From the NCBI GenBank assembly GCA_964187785.1, contig CAXLNC010000756.1, positions 1-64,000 on the forward strand: a stretch of DNA of 64,000 bases, given 5' to 3'. The notes under the pieces were generated by a model. That model ran no database searches and was not told the origin of the DNA. It worked only from the letters and a program-made list of their open reading frames with translations. How positions within the stretch are numbered: the first letter of the stretch is position 1; each line of letters opens with the position of its first letter. The stretch is from Amphiscolops sp. MND2022. Its lineage: Eukaryota. Of this stretch, positions 24,501-37,659 are shown piece after piece. A program made the translations under genes and the position numbers.

Positions 24501-24544
24501 CACGTTTTTGTCGGCTGTTAGTCGAACTAGCAAGATCTTGCTAC

Positions 24545-27500
24545 TTTGTTGCGGCATTTGTATCGTATTGGTCTGAAGTAGAAGACAGACTTGAAGCAGA
24601 AGGAGATGTATCAGAAGAAGAATCCAGGATGGTAGTTTTCAACGTTTTGCAGGTGGTATCAAAAGACGATAATCGTTTCTTTGTTGTTGTCTCAAGTTAA
24701 ATGAATTTTAACATTTCGTTCAATTGCAGATTGGTTTTGAGAGGGATGTCAATGTCGGTCAAGGAGTGGATTATTTTGATGAGTTTCAATTATTTGTTTG
24801 AAAAGTGAGTTGTCATTTGAGGGAAGATTAGGAGAGGTGTGATTTGATATTGAAGAAGGTATTAAGGGTTTTGATTGGTAAGATGATGAGAAATCGTTTT
24901 GTGATGATTGTTTATTAGAAAGGGATTCATCTGAAGTAAAAGAAGATGAGTCGCTATTTGCATAATTTGTTTGGGAAGGTCATATTGCAGAAAAACATGA
25001 GGGTACAAAAAAGTTCTTTTGGATAATAGTGTATCGAAAGATTTCGATGTGTATGAAAGGTAGAACCATCCTGAGAAGTTCATACGTGACATCCGAAAGT
25101 CTATCGAGTACTTTGTATGGTCCAATCCGACGTGGTTGTTGAAAGATGAACGTGTTGGAAAATTACGTTTTCATAAAAAATTTCCAACACGGAGAGGTTT
25201 TCTTTCATGATAAATTTTTGTAATATAGGCTTGCTTGAGAGTTGTTTTTACGAAAAGTGTAGAAAGTATATTAGAGAATAGATTTGTAACAAAGCAAGTT
25301 CTACTGCCAGTAACAATTGAGGAAGAGGTTTAGAAAATGTACAATAAAAGAATGAACTAAGATCTGCTTTGTCATAATATGAATGTTCTGGCAGTTCAGA
25401 ACAATACTTTGAAGTACAGGTTCTGTTTAAGTCTCGATTGAGGTTCAAGTCAAATGTGAGTGAAATTCGAGGTTGTGTGTAGAAAACAGTTTCTTGATTC
25501 TTCAGGAGAGACTTTTGAAGAAGAAAGAGGTTGTGAAACATGGGCATAGGCATATATCTTAACTTCGTGAGCCCAATCTTTCGGAATGTTTTGCAGGAAC
25601 ATACGAAGGTGTGTACTAATGTTTTTATTTTGAACTTCAACGAGTCCATTTGTCTTTGTGGAGTAAGGAGTTTTAGGAGAGTGACGAAATCCCATAAGAG
25701 TACATAGTTGTGCCATATCAGTATTAATCTATTTGGATGGAGGATCACTGACAAGGTATATAGGTGAACCGAACTTGATAATCCAATGGTGAAGAAAATA
25801 TTTTACAGCAGTTTTAGCGTTCTTAGATTTGATAGGAACAGTGACATCAAAGTGGCTAAAAGCGTCAACAATGACATGTATGTATGAATATTCTGTGTAG
25901 GAGGATTGATAGGACCTTTTGTGTCCCATGAAATTCTGTTTTTGAAGCCGGAAGCATGTTCAGAAAAAGATTTTTTTGGAGCGGTTTGAATTTTGTGGTT
26001 AAAATATTTGTTACGTTGACATTCAAGAGAATCATGTAAGAAAATGGAAGAACTTCTCGGAAAAAAGGTAATTAATAATACTGTAGGAAGGTGTTTTAGG
26101 TGATTTTGAGACCTTTGTGAGAATTGTCATGAAGTTTATTGAAAGTTGTTCTGGAGAGACAGAATGGTAGGGAAATTTCGGAAGTGGTTTGAGGAATGTT
26201 AGTATTTAGGCCTGAGGATGTTGCAGAAGAGCTTTGTTTTTTCGAAAAAAGGCTGATAATATTGGTAGAGTTATCGATTAAGAGTTGTGAAAAGATTTTA
26301 TAATATGCATGTAAACAGGGAGTACCAGTGATTTGAGGTGTTAGAAACATGGTTTAGTGAGAAAGCCAGTAATATAGAAATTTGAGCGCTGGATCTTGTG
26401 ACTGTTGTTGCTTAAGAGGTTGTTTGTCCAGAGATTGATCATCACGCAAGAAAACGCCTTGAAAATAATTTTTGTAAGAAAGTTGAATCATAAAATGGAA
26501 TAGTTTATAAACAAAGTGTAGAAAGTTTGATATGCTGATGTGTCTCCAAAGCATTAGTAGAAAATGTATCAGTTTTGGAATTTGTGATAGTTGAAAAGTT
26601 TCTGTATAAAGGAATACAGTCAGGTGTGAAGGGTGCAGTATCTTATGGAATTCTTGTACAAAATTGTATAAATCTTATACAAATTCTTGTATATGTATGT
26701 ACAATATATATAAAACTGTATAAAATCTTATGGAATTCTTTTATAAAATATCTTCATCATCACTAATGAAATCGGTTAAAAGTGATTGTTGATGAAGTGC
26801 TTAATTATGATTTTTCTAGGAGTTTTGTTTGAAAAGTTGTGATGGGCTTAAAAGAAAACGATTCAAGAGATTTGAAAATGATATCGTAACCCTTGTCTTT
26901 ATTACGGGTGGAAAATTGGTCTGCCCCATAATGAGCAAGAATAGGGTGAGAATCATGTTTTTGATGATGTAAGACTTCTGCGTGTATAATTAAGCAAGCA
27001 ATGAACAAGTTTAGGTGTGTTGTCTTCAAAGATTGCAATGTCAACTTGCGGAGAACGTTGTTCATGTTTGAGTTGTTTAACTTGTACTTCAGTTTTATTA
27101 AAAAACGCCAGAGCATGTCAGCAACTGAAAGAGTTTTCCAGATGATCGATTTTGAGTTGGGGAAACATTTGGTAATTGCATTTGGGCACGATAGAATTGT
27201 GGACTAAGGCTGCCTTTTTGTAAAACATTTTAAAGGAGGTTCATGATCAGCGATAAAATGGATTATATGAGGAGATCCAAACATGTATGTACCATACCGC
27301 GAAGTTCACGGTCAAGTAAAGAAAGTTTTTGTTCTTGTGAGTTATGGCTTTGAAAGTTGTAACAAGCGACTTTCATTTTTTTTTCTTCATTAAGTTGGAA
27401 ACTGACTGCGCCTAATCCAACAAAAGATACACCAATTGTATTTAAAAAAAATGGATGTTTTGTATTAGGTATTGAAGTTCGGTATCGGATGTGAGAGAAG

Positions 27501-29200
27501 TTTTTAATTTTTGAAATAAAAGTTCGTGTTCAGAGGTCCAGTTCCAGGGGGTGTCTTCATATACCAAGTCTTACGAGGGTTTAAGATTAACATTTGATTT
27601 TTTTTAATGAACCTTGTATAAAAGTTGAGTGCAACTATGAAACTCATAAGAGCAACTTTGCCAGTGGGAGAAGGAACTTTATGAATAGCAGCAAGTTTCG
27701 AAAGAATGTGTCTCATGGTAATATAACCAATTTCATGTCCAAGAAATTTTGACTTTTAGTAACATAAAGAAAGATTTTTCAGGAGCAAGTTTGAGATTCT
27801 TTTGTACTAATTATGTGAAGTTGTTGAATTAGTTGGAACACGTGCTCCTTAGAGTTAGGAAGAAGTAATTTATCATCAATGTATTCAAGGGCGAAACCTT
27901 ATCAAAAAAAGTTGTGAAGAATGATGGCAATATTTCTTTGTCAAGAGACAATTTATGTGAGAGCATACGCGTATGTGATGTTATACTTTACGCATTTATA
28001 ATTTTATTTGCGAGAGCTGGTTGAGGAGCAAGAAGTTCAATAGGCAACGATTCATCAATTTGATCTGTGTTAGAGCTAAGAAGTCTTGCGTCTAAGACAC
28101 ATTCAATAGAGTCTGTTTTAGAGATGATAACAAGTGGATTTAGAATGGTAGTACCATATGTAAGTTTATTATGTAGAAAAGAACCAATTTGTTTAATAAA
28201 TATTGTGTTTTTCTAGTTCTTGGAGAAGGTCATTCAAGTTGTCTCTAAATTATTGGAACTTTGGATGGACATTGTGTCATAAGTTGAGCATTTGGTTCTA
28301 GTCTAATTGTGGAATTTTTTCAACATCGTTTTTAGGGGTACCATAACAATTTTTATGTTTTATCAGAAAGTTACGAAGTGAAACATATTCAGCATCTGTG
28401 AGATCAGAATCCCGAAGTTGAATTCGTTGACAAAAATGAGATTTTTTAGGATAAGGAAGAGAAAGAATCACGCGGTTTAGTTGTTTGAGAAGTTTGTTGT
28501 ACATTATAAAGAGAGGAGTTTGTAGTCTTTGTTACAGTATCTCTCATATAAACTTGATGTAATGAAAAAGTAGGAAAAAAACGTGTTCCTTCAGTGTACT
28601 GTAGAGCATAATTTGTCTGTGGCATAGGTTCACTAATATCTGGATGGTATGTATGATCGTGTACTGAAGAGTTAATATCGTTAACTTGATGATAATAATT
28701 AGGTTTTTCATTAGTATTTGGAACTTCTATATAAACAATATGTCCTGTAGCTAAAGTAGCAATATGGTTGGTAGAGTTTTGTATGATTGTTGCACAAATG
28801 TCAGGTTTTTGTTGAGTTAGAGACTTCAATGAAATTGAATGTTGCACGGACTTTAGGACAGAAAGAAGTATGCGGAGTTGTAGGAAAATCTGATTTTTGG
28901 TGTACTAGTGAAGTAAAGATTATAGTAGTTTTTCATTGGGAAGTGTGCATTTTTAGAGGGATTTAAACGTATTTGTGTTCTAGAATAAATTCTACATATG
29001 TACATGAAGTATGGGTAGTTTTAGATAAGAGTGATCTGACTTTGGTAAAGGTGGGGTGTACTTTTGATTGGTGTTTAAATCGTAAAGTAAAGTCATGGAT
29101 GTTAATATTTCGTGTATATTCTTCCAAAACATTCAGTGAGGTGATACAGATGTACTTCAAAGTTGATAGCATCATCTGGAGTTTGTGGTTGATTGGTGTT
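24545..29200 (-). pseudogene. pol: pol (protease region-RT-RNase H-spacer-integrase), Gypsy order
   Basis: RT YIDD at 27872-27883 followed by LKLAPEKSFFMLLKVKFLGHEIG; RNase H QEQKLSLLDREL...ADHEP...SVADMLWR; IN HSHKG...HDSLECQ, VIVDAFSHF, YLVSDP, NGLVEVQNK (25450-26350). Confidence 0.92.
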
Positions 29201-32200
29201 AAGTGTGTTTCTTGTGTTTGAGTGTCATCGAGATCCAGAGTATCTAGAACCTCTTCCTCTTGGAGGTGGTCTGAATGAGGAAGTTAATTTGGAGAAATCG
29301 TTATCTCGAGAATACGAGCGAGATCTATATCTGTGACGAGATTCATGTCTATGTGGAGATCGATACGAGGATCAATAGGGGGAACAATAAGATCTAGAGT
29401 CTCTTTTATAAGGATCATATCATAAACGAGTATAGTGTGGGAAGTGGTATTTTTGTCGTATGCAAAGCGATCTCTGGTTGTAGAACATTATCTATTTTGT
29501 GAGGTGTTGTTTTTGTTTTTATAAGTGTTACGTGAAGTACTTCAACTTCGATATCGACTATGATGCCGTCTTGTTCTGTCAATGGAAGGAGAACGAAAGT
29601 ACTGCTCAAATGACTTTGGAGGGGATTTTGATCGAACATATGCTTCTCGTTTATCTTTATCATCGCTAGGTTTCTTGAAACAAGCTGAGATGGAGTGATT
29701 TGTTCTGAGACAGTAAGAGCAGTATTTTTATGCAGGTTTTGGTTTGTCATTAGGGTCTCGGGGTTGTGTAAACATAACATGATCGTTTTGAGAAAAATCG
29801 AGAGTTTGTGTTTGAAATTGTTTTGTAATATTATTGACTTCAAAAATAAGATCACGTGTACGTATCTTGTCATTAGCAATATCTTCAGCGTCAACTAATT
29901 TTACTACTGTATTAAAGGAAATAAACAGTTCTAAAATAGTAGAATTATGTTTCACTTGTTGTTTACTGGCAGTTGATGTCTTTGAGATTTTTGGGAGTCC
30001 TTCTGTGAAGATTTCATTGCATTTCAAATCTCTTGTTTATGCGTTTTCATTGAATCAGCATTTTTCAACAATGTGTTAAACCTTGAGTGTAAAATGACGA
30101 ACTGTTTCATTGGTTTAGTGACAAGATTAAGTGCTTCAACTTGGGCGTAGTAAGCGTTTTTTTTGTGATAAAAATTGTTTTTTAAATGCTTGTACAAAAG
30201 CACGCCAGCCTTGTGTCATTCAAAAGAATGCACCAACTGAGACTGTGCCAGTTAAAGAACATTGTATAAAAGCAATATGTCTAGCGTGCCAAAATTTGTA
30301 TTCGTGATCTGAACTAGGGTGTAAACCTAAGGAAAAAATACTAGATACTTTTCAGGTGTAATTTTATGATCCAAACCATCAATGGGGTTCAATAGGATCA
30401 GAAATTGATGCAGAAGAAATGAAATATGTTGGGTTTGATACTGTTGAAGGAGGGATTGTTAAGGGTGGTAATATATGATAAGTAGGTGTAATGAAAGGAT
30501 TTGCAGGTTATTTTGTATAAATCTAAAATTTTGAGTAGATGTAGTGTTAATATGAGGATTTGTTCTGATATTCGAAAATTTGAAGTCTATTTAGGATTAT
30601 TCGAAGTAAAAAATGAGAAGTCTGAACTGTATTGGGTGTATCATTAGAACAGTGAGATTTTGAAAGTAAATTGATTTTGGTAGCAAAATGATGAGGGTTA
30701 TAGGTGGAAATTTGTTGTGTCTTATTTGGATTTGTACTTGTTAGACTAAATGAAAGTAGATTTGTAGGAATGGTTTGTAAGGGAGGTCGAGATAAGTTTC
30801 TAGAAGTAGTATAATGAGATAAGGTATTGGTATGAAGGATACTTATTGTAAGATAACGTTGAGTATTTTGCGTATGACATGTTTCGACGGGAATATTTGA
30901 TAATGTTTTGTGATGTGATTGTCTTTTTCGAGTGTTTCTCTGAAATTGAACTTCTGGTGGATTTTCTATTGTGTTTGTGATAGGTGCATTTGACGAACCT
31001 TGTTGAGAATAGTTTTGTGGAGTAGTGTGTTTAGAATATTAGGGTGGAACATGAGGTGGTTCATCATACTCCTTAATTTCGGGGTGAAGTGTGTTGAATT
31101 CGAAGTGATTGTGTAGTATTAGTGATTGATGTCAATATAGTAGTTGTATCTTCTTGATTTTGATTGTTATGTTCTTGTTCGGTTATTGGCCTAACAGGTA
31201 TGTGTAATAAGTTGGAGCCTGTTGTAATTTCTGATGGTCGGTTGTTTGTAGTTACATCTGAAGTATCAGGTAATCTTTGGAATGTAATTGTTCTTTGTTG
31301 TTCATTTGTTCTAGGATCATGTTGCGTTTTTGGTTGTTCTTGAGGAGCGCCTCCGTATTATTCTTCTTGTTGAGGTGTGTCTTCTTGACCTTGAAATGGG
31401 TCTTCATGTTTATAACTGAGATTTTGTTGTTTTATCTCTGTGTTATCATTATCAAAAGATGTTTCAGAGATAAAATTGGAAGTGGTATATGGTCTATTAT
31501 AAGATGTTTCAGAGTGTTTTGTAATGAAATGATCGTCAATAAAATGATCGTAATAAAATGATCGACTTATTTGTCTCAAATGGGATGACGCGTTAAAGAT
31601 GGTAAGATCTTTGTAGTATCTATGTTTATTATGAGTTTTTATGATAAATGGTAAGAGTTATGTTTCTGTTAGTACTTGTTGGAAGTGAATATACGCAGCT
31701 TGACCTTGTTTCTCTCACATTGGTTGATAGTTAAATCTAAAAGGTGTGAAAGGAAGTGTAAAAAACATTTATTTGTGTAGTGGTATCTACGTTGATTATA
31801 ATGTTTTGAAAGAATTTGTATTGGAAATGTTTAATTTGTAAGATATCTTGTTGTAACCAGAATTGGGAATTGTTATGTCTTTGTATCTTTTTCTCGAGAT
31901 CAGGTACTTGGGAATATGGTGTTTTTCTTCAAGACTTTTTAAAAGAGAAAGACGAAAAATTGGTACATCTAAGATCCCATTGTGTTCTATCAATTTATTT
32001 ATATAGGTGATGGAAACATCTTGGATGGGGAGTGTTATACTTTGTGGATATATAGTTCTATAGTAAGTTCCTGAATTTATATTTGGGACCTGATTAAAAG
32101 GAAATTGGAAAGGAGTTTGAGAAGGAGTTATGTTTAGCGATTTGTACTGAAGGTAATATAAATAAGAGTCTCTAAGTGTTCTCTAAGAATGGGAACAATT

Positions 32201-32400
32201 TTTATAGAGTTGGGTTCTGTTTCAAATGGAACAGGGTTTGTATATTGAAAAATGATTTATGTAAGTATGGTATTACATCTTCTGTAAAAGAACGTTTTTG
32301 TATATGTTGTGGTGATGATACAAATGGTGTTGAAAGCATTTTAATTGGTATGAAAAGGTATGTTCAACATGAGGGTCGGTTGATAAGAAAAAAATGTTTT
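29200..32400 (-). pseudogene. gag: Long gag with N-terminal extension and CCHC knuckle
   Basis: YCSYCLRTNHSISAC at 29680-29724; VKLVDAEDIANDKIR; capsid-like segment 30050-30400; RS-rich C-terminus; start uncertain. Confidence 0.8.
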
Positions 32401-32717
32401 CCATAAAGGATACACGTACTGAAGAATAAGACATTGTAGATTATAATGAAAATTATATGGAATATTTTGATCGACGAAAACAAATTGAAGAAAGATTACA
32501 AGTACAATAGTACGAAAAAGTAAGAGGTTGTTAGGTATTAACGAAGTGAGAGTACAAATAGTATGGTATATACCAAGGAGTCCAAAAGAGGAAGTTTTAC
32601 CCTTTGGACCATAAGTAAATTGTTAAAAACTTGAAGTTTAGGTATTAAAGGTACCAAGAAGCTGTCAAAGAACCAGCAAGTAGACCAAGAGAGAACCAGA
32701 GTCAAATATTAAATCGT

Positions 32718-34848
32718 AGTATTCAAAGGCTGAAGGCATTTAGAGAATTGGTTATGTTTTGTAATATAATATTTTGTTATGTAAATATAGGTTGTAATAA
32801 AATGTGTATTATTGTATTATAGTATAGTATTGTATTTCTATCGAGTGTAGTATAATATGTCATATATTGTATATAAAAGAGTTATAATGTTGTATATAAA
32901 TCACGTGGAACTTTTTTTTTTAAAAAGAAACGTATAATAGCTGAAAATGTATGAGAAGTGGCTAGAAACTGAGTCTCAACTAGCAGAATCGCTGAATAGC
33001 ACTGTAGAGAAACCAACACGTATCGCACGTCTGTGGTTGGAACGATGAATTGAAAACCCGCAGGAATCACTGAGGTAGTGTTTGGAACGGAGAAAAATAA
33101 TTTTTCCAGCACGTATCACTGTTAAAGTGGTTGGAACGAAAGTATATTAACCAACACGAATCACATTTTTTGTGGTTGGAACAAAGAATAATTGACAAAA
33201 CGTATCACTTCGAAAGTGGTTTGAACGGAAATGAAGCATAACAGCAGAAAGTACGCGGGTTACGTAGTCAGAACCATACCAACATGAATCAATTTTTGAG
33301 TAAAATTGGTTGGAACGATTAAATAACAGCGTTAGAAAAAAAGAAGAGGAGAGACTGTGTGTCAAACAAACAGTTCTTGGTAGCTAGCTTATCTTTACTT
33401 TCACAAGATCTATTAGGACTGAGATCTTAGATTGTTCTTCTTTTTCTCAGATTAGAAATCGTCTTCAATACAAGAGTCGAGTAATTCTTCTGATTATAAA
33501 GTCACACTGATTACTTCAGTGATTACATCTAGTAAAGATTAGATTCTATCTCATTGAACGATTCACAGGATCATTACTTCTAGAATGAAAGTATAATGAG
33601 ATTATTAGTAAATGTCAGCATCTTAATTCTAAAGTGTTAACTTCTGAATCAAGTGACATATGTCAATGTTTTTGGTCGAATAGTTTAGATATATTTCAAG
33701 TTTATGAAATTACTTGGGGACATGCATCATGGCAATACAACTTGACAGCGTCGTCGAAAATGTTGAGCCACATGAGAGAGAGAGAGAAGTGAGAGTATTC
33801 AAAGGCTGAAGGCATTTAGAGAATTGGTTATGTTTTGTAATATAATATTTTGTTATGTAAATATAGGTTGTAATAAAATGTGTATTATTGTATTATAGTA
33901 TAATATTGTATTTCTATCGAGTGTAGTATAATATGTCATATATTGTATATAAAAGAGTTATAATGTTGTATATAAATCACGTGGAACTTTTTTTAAAAAA
34001 AAGAAACGTATAATAGCTGAAAATGTATGAGAAGTGGCTAGAAACTGAGTCTCAACTAGCAGAATCGCTGAATAGCACTGTAGAGAAACCAACACGTATC
34101 GCACGTCTGTGGTTGGAACGATGAAATGAAAACCCGCACGAATCACTGAGGTAGTGTTTGGAACGGAGAAAAATAATTTTTCCAGCACGTATCACTGTTA
34201 AAGTGGTTGGAACGAAAGTATATTAACCAACACGAATCACATTTTTTGTGGTTGGAACAAAGAATAATTGACAAAACGTATCACTTCGAAAGTGGTTTGA
34301 ACGGAAATGAAGCATAACAGCAGAAAGTACGCGGGTTACGTAGTCAGAACCATACCAACATGAATCAATTTTTGAGTAAAATTGGTTGGAACGATTAAAT
34401 AACAGCGTTAGAAAAAAAGAAGAGGAGAGACTGTGTGTCAAACAAACAGTTCTGGGTAGCTAGCTTATCTTTACTTTCACAAGATCTATTAGGACTGAGA
34501 TCTTAGATTGTTCTTCTTTTTCTCAGATTAGAAATCGTCTTCAATACAAGAGTCGAGTTATTCTTCTGATTATAAAGTCACACTGATTACTTCAGTGATT
34601 ACATCTAGTAAAGATTAGATTCTATCTCATTGAACGATTCACAGGATCATTACTTCTAGAATGAAAGTATAATGAGATTATTAGTAAATGTCAGCATCTT
34701 AATTCTAAAGTGTTAACTTCTGAATCAAGTGACATATGTCAATGTTTTAGGTCGAATAGTTTAGATATATTTCAAGTTTATGAAATTACTTGGGGACATG
34801 CATCATGGCAATACAACTTGACAGCGTCGTCGAAAATGTTGAGCCACA
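32718..34848 (-). repeat. 1076-bp tandem duplication of the B1 5' leader / LTR-like region (32718-33793; 33794-34848)
   Basis: ORF pairs offset by 1076 (32882/33958, 33147/34223); near-identical sequence. Confidence 0.95.
33013..33317 (-). repeat. Array of 6 stem-bulge-stem units in the B1 leader (duplicated at 34089-34393)
   Basis: - strand GTT-CCAAC-CAC(n)-loop-(n)GTG-AT(A/T)C(G/C/A)T-GTTGG; one unit has a CAATTTT/AAAATTG upper stem. Confidence 0.85.
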
Positions 34849-34969
34849 TGGACGCCGTATAAATCGTATGTATCGTCTTGTTCAGACCTGCCGTGCACTG
34901 ACAAAAAAAGAGTTCGATACAGCAAAAGTGACACCGGGACTCGCATATCTCCCGCAATAAAAAGAAGCT

Positions 34970-35047
34970 GAGAGAGAGAGAGAGAGAGAAAGAGAGAAAG
35001 AGAGAAAGAGAGAGAAAGAAAGAGAAAGAGAGAGAGAGAGAGAGAGA
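34970..35047. repeat. (GA)n / (GAAA) microsatellite
   Basis: Directly visible. Confidence 0.98.
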
Positions 35048-36099
35048 AACAGCGGTCAAACCAGAGAAAACACTCGTGAAAGCATGGTCCTCAACTGAAA
35101 AAAATATTGTCATCGGCTCAATGAGCAAATGCTGACAAGTTGTACAATGATTCACATTACGATTTACCCATCATCGGTGATTGAAGTCCCAGGTTGATAG
35201 CTTGGTGAATTGTCATTCTAGTGTTTCACGTCAAATTTGAACAACCTTTTGATGTTTCGAATTTTTTCTCTAGTTACCCTGGAAACTGGAGCTGTTTCTA
35301 TCTTCTTGTTTGAAAGCTATCACAATAAAGGTTCTGAAGAGTGTTTGTTGTCTTTAGCAATACCAGACATGGTCTAAGTCAGAAGATATCTTCACGAAGC
35401 AGGACCACCGTGACAATTGGGGAAGGTAAAACGGACCCATTGGTACTAAGAGCCCCCTCTAGTGCAAGAAAGGCACTAACGGACAATTAACCATTTCGAG
35501 CAACTTGGTATTTTGCAATTTTATACAGTGATACAGTGATATGACCATATTCTTCAATTCACATTTCGCCAATTCACTGTGTCTAGATCTCAATGTACGT
35601 GTCCATAAAATTGATACATTTCTATCTTTACTTCTGTCCACCATATTAACCAATGAAATTGCAAAACACCTTCTGCTTTATATCTTCATCAGACGGTCAA
35701 AAATTTTTTCATCTCCGGGTTTGATCTTCCTAGACCTAATACTGTAGCTCTCTGTTAGTGTCGCTTTCAATATACTTTGACAACGCTGTTCATTGCCGTC
35801 TGAAAAACTTTAACAGCAATCTAAAAACAAGTGCCTTAACAGGCACGACTTGGGCTGTTCCTCCGGCTGTGTTGTTGGCGCAGACATCCTGAATGTAACA
35901 ATTGGAGGTTTAGAACCAGCATCGTCGCTAATCTTGACAATTTCGGCTTTCACTATGTTTGATGGCGTCGTCAGAACAAGTGAACACCTGGTTATTCAAG
36001 GCGGAACTATTCCAAAACCTCTAAAAAGTTAGTTTGTTGTATTTCATTGTTCCAAGACGATTCAGTTTCATTTGCTATGACGCAAACAGTTTTCGAATC

Positions 36100-37620
36100 A
36101 TCAATATGATTTTTAAAAATGTTAATGCTGGACATGGTGAGAAATGAAATCTATATTCGCGGCCATACCATACTTCGTCTGAGCCATATACTGCAGAATT
36201 CAATCATAAAAACTTCCTTTATGAATATTTTATTCCTCGCCTAAAAATCAGTGAAGCATCAAAATTCGTACCAGCTGGAATTATAAAGTATGAACATTTT
36301 CAGAACATAAACTTTCTCGGGATTTCCTGACATGCATTTTGCGAGAAATGCTCAATGCAAAAAGCCGTCCTTTTTGAAGCGCAGGTGTAACGTACTGATG
36401 CTTTTTTGTACCTATTTTTTGTTAAGTATCCAAAAGGTCTGGGAAATCTCCGGAGAAAACTGAGCGGAGTCGAAGAACACATTCTGTACAAAGGGCAAAG
36501 AACGCATCAATCATCACATTCCTCAGCAATAAGTGTTTTTGTGCAGTGCCATCACATCCAATATTTGCAGTTTGGTAATGACAGATATTTGTTGAGGTTG
36601 TTTTCTTTAACTGAATACGTCTCACTACTTTGTATCATGTTAAACTAGATGGATAATGATTGAACCATATATGGCCGAAACTATTTTGTTCAACGAAGAA
36701 CCATGAACGTGTTTAACCAGTCCATGATCACATGATCAGTATGTTATCAAATAGTTGTAATGGCAGATTGAGACTGTACTTTTTTCCTTTCGGTATGACA
36801 GATCACGGTAAGCCCGCTTCTGTATGCGAGGCAACTCCGGTACCAATGAAGTTTGGTTGCAAGGAGCTAGTGTCACTGATCACCGAAAATGGTGGAAAAT
36901 GTTTGCTTTTAGTTTACCTGGTCTTCGCCAGGTTATCCCAAGAGATCTTGCCTTTCATCGCGGCTATATATACCCCGTGGAGGAATGAATCTCAATCTTA
37001 CAATATTACTGATCCAGACAAAGTAGCATACGGCAGCTGTGACGATGATGAAGTGCCACCCTATTGCGAAGCTGTTTACTTCCATAGACGAAGTGAAATT
37101 TTCAGAGTTGTATTTCGAATCCCACGTAAGCAGATTCTTTTGATTTTAGTACTGCTAGTTTCGTTACGGGAAGAGTATCTTAGTCAAGAATTTTGCAGAT
37201 TATTTTAAGCGACCACATGATGCCATTTTTCACCACCATTGAAAAAATCTGTCTTAACTCTTTTTCACCCCGCCCATTTTGGACAGCATACAGAACTATC
37301 AATGGAATATTTGCAAATACATTCATTAAATCTTGTATGAAATTATGTAATTGTACCCGGAGACAAAAACGTCGAACAGCGCAAAGAGCGTCAAATTATG
37401 GAACTTGAGTCTGAAAAAGTTTGGAATAACGCATTCGAAAAAGTACCAACTCTGCTTTTCGTAATTTTTGAGCTACGGATGAATGGAAGAATTTATTGGA
37501 AATGGTGAAAAAAGCGGAAATCGATTTCTGATCCAGTGATGTTCATAACGCTTCCTACTAATTGGCCCGGTCCTCGGAACTTCATAAGCTGAGAAGCAGC
37601 TGTTTGGTAAGCTCTAAAAC
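36100..37620 (+). pseudogene. Possible decayed intron-containing host-like gene fragment, unidentified
   Basis: Balanced base composition, short GT-AG intron-like segments (e.g. gtaag ~37126 ... ttttgcag 37198), 158-aa ORF 36732-37208; no recognised domain. Confidence 0.25.
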
Positions 37621-37659
37621 TCGGCAGTTCAAAAAATAAAAGCACCCCTCCGCTTTTTA

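Larger units (their letters stand above)
17535..34848 (-). mobile_element. Element B1: large env-bearing Ty3/Gypsy-lineage retroelement, 3'-truncated, decayed
   Basis: Order on - strand: leader with structured array, gag, pol (RT-RH-IN), accessory ORFs, env-like, duplicated accessory block, distal accessory ORF. Confidence 0.88.

Noticed and set aside
31277-31561. Short hydrophobic + strand ORFs across 18-32 kb (e.g. 31277-31561, 27001-27207, 23811-24005)
   Set aside because: Antisense shadows of the G-poor gag/pol/accessory strand; no independent coding signal
33013-33317. Hammerhead or other known self-cleaving ribozyme repeats
   Set aside because: No CUGAnGA/GAAA core on either strand in this array or in the 13.8-kb array
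34778-35155. 125-aa ORF
   Set aside because: Artefact of the (GA)n microsatellite (SLSLSLSF)
35150-36030. Degraded - strand coding-like stretch
   Set aside because: Too many stops and no recognisable motif to assign a family
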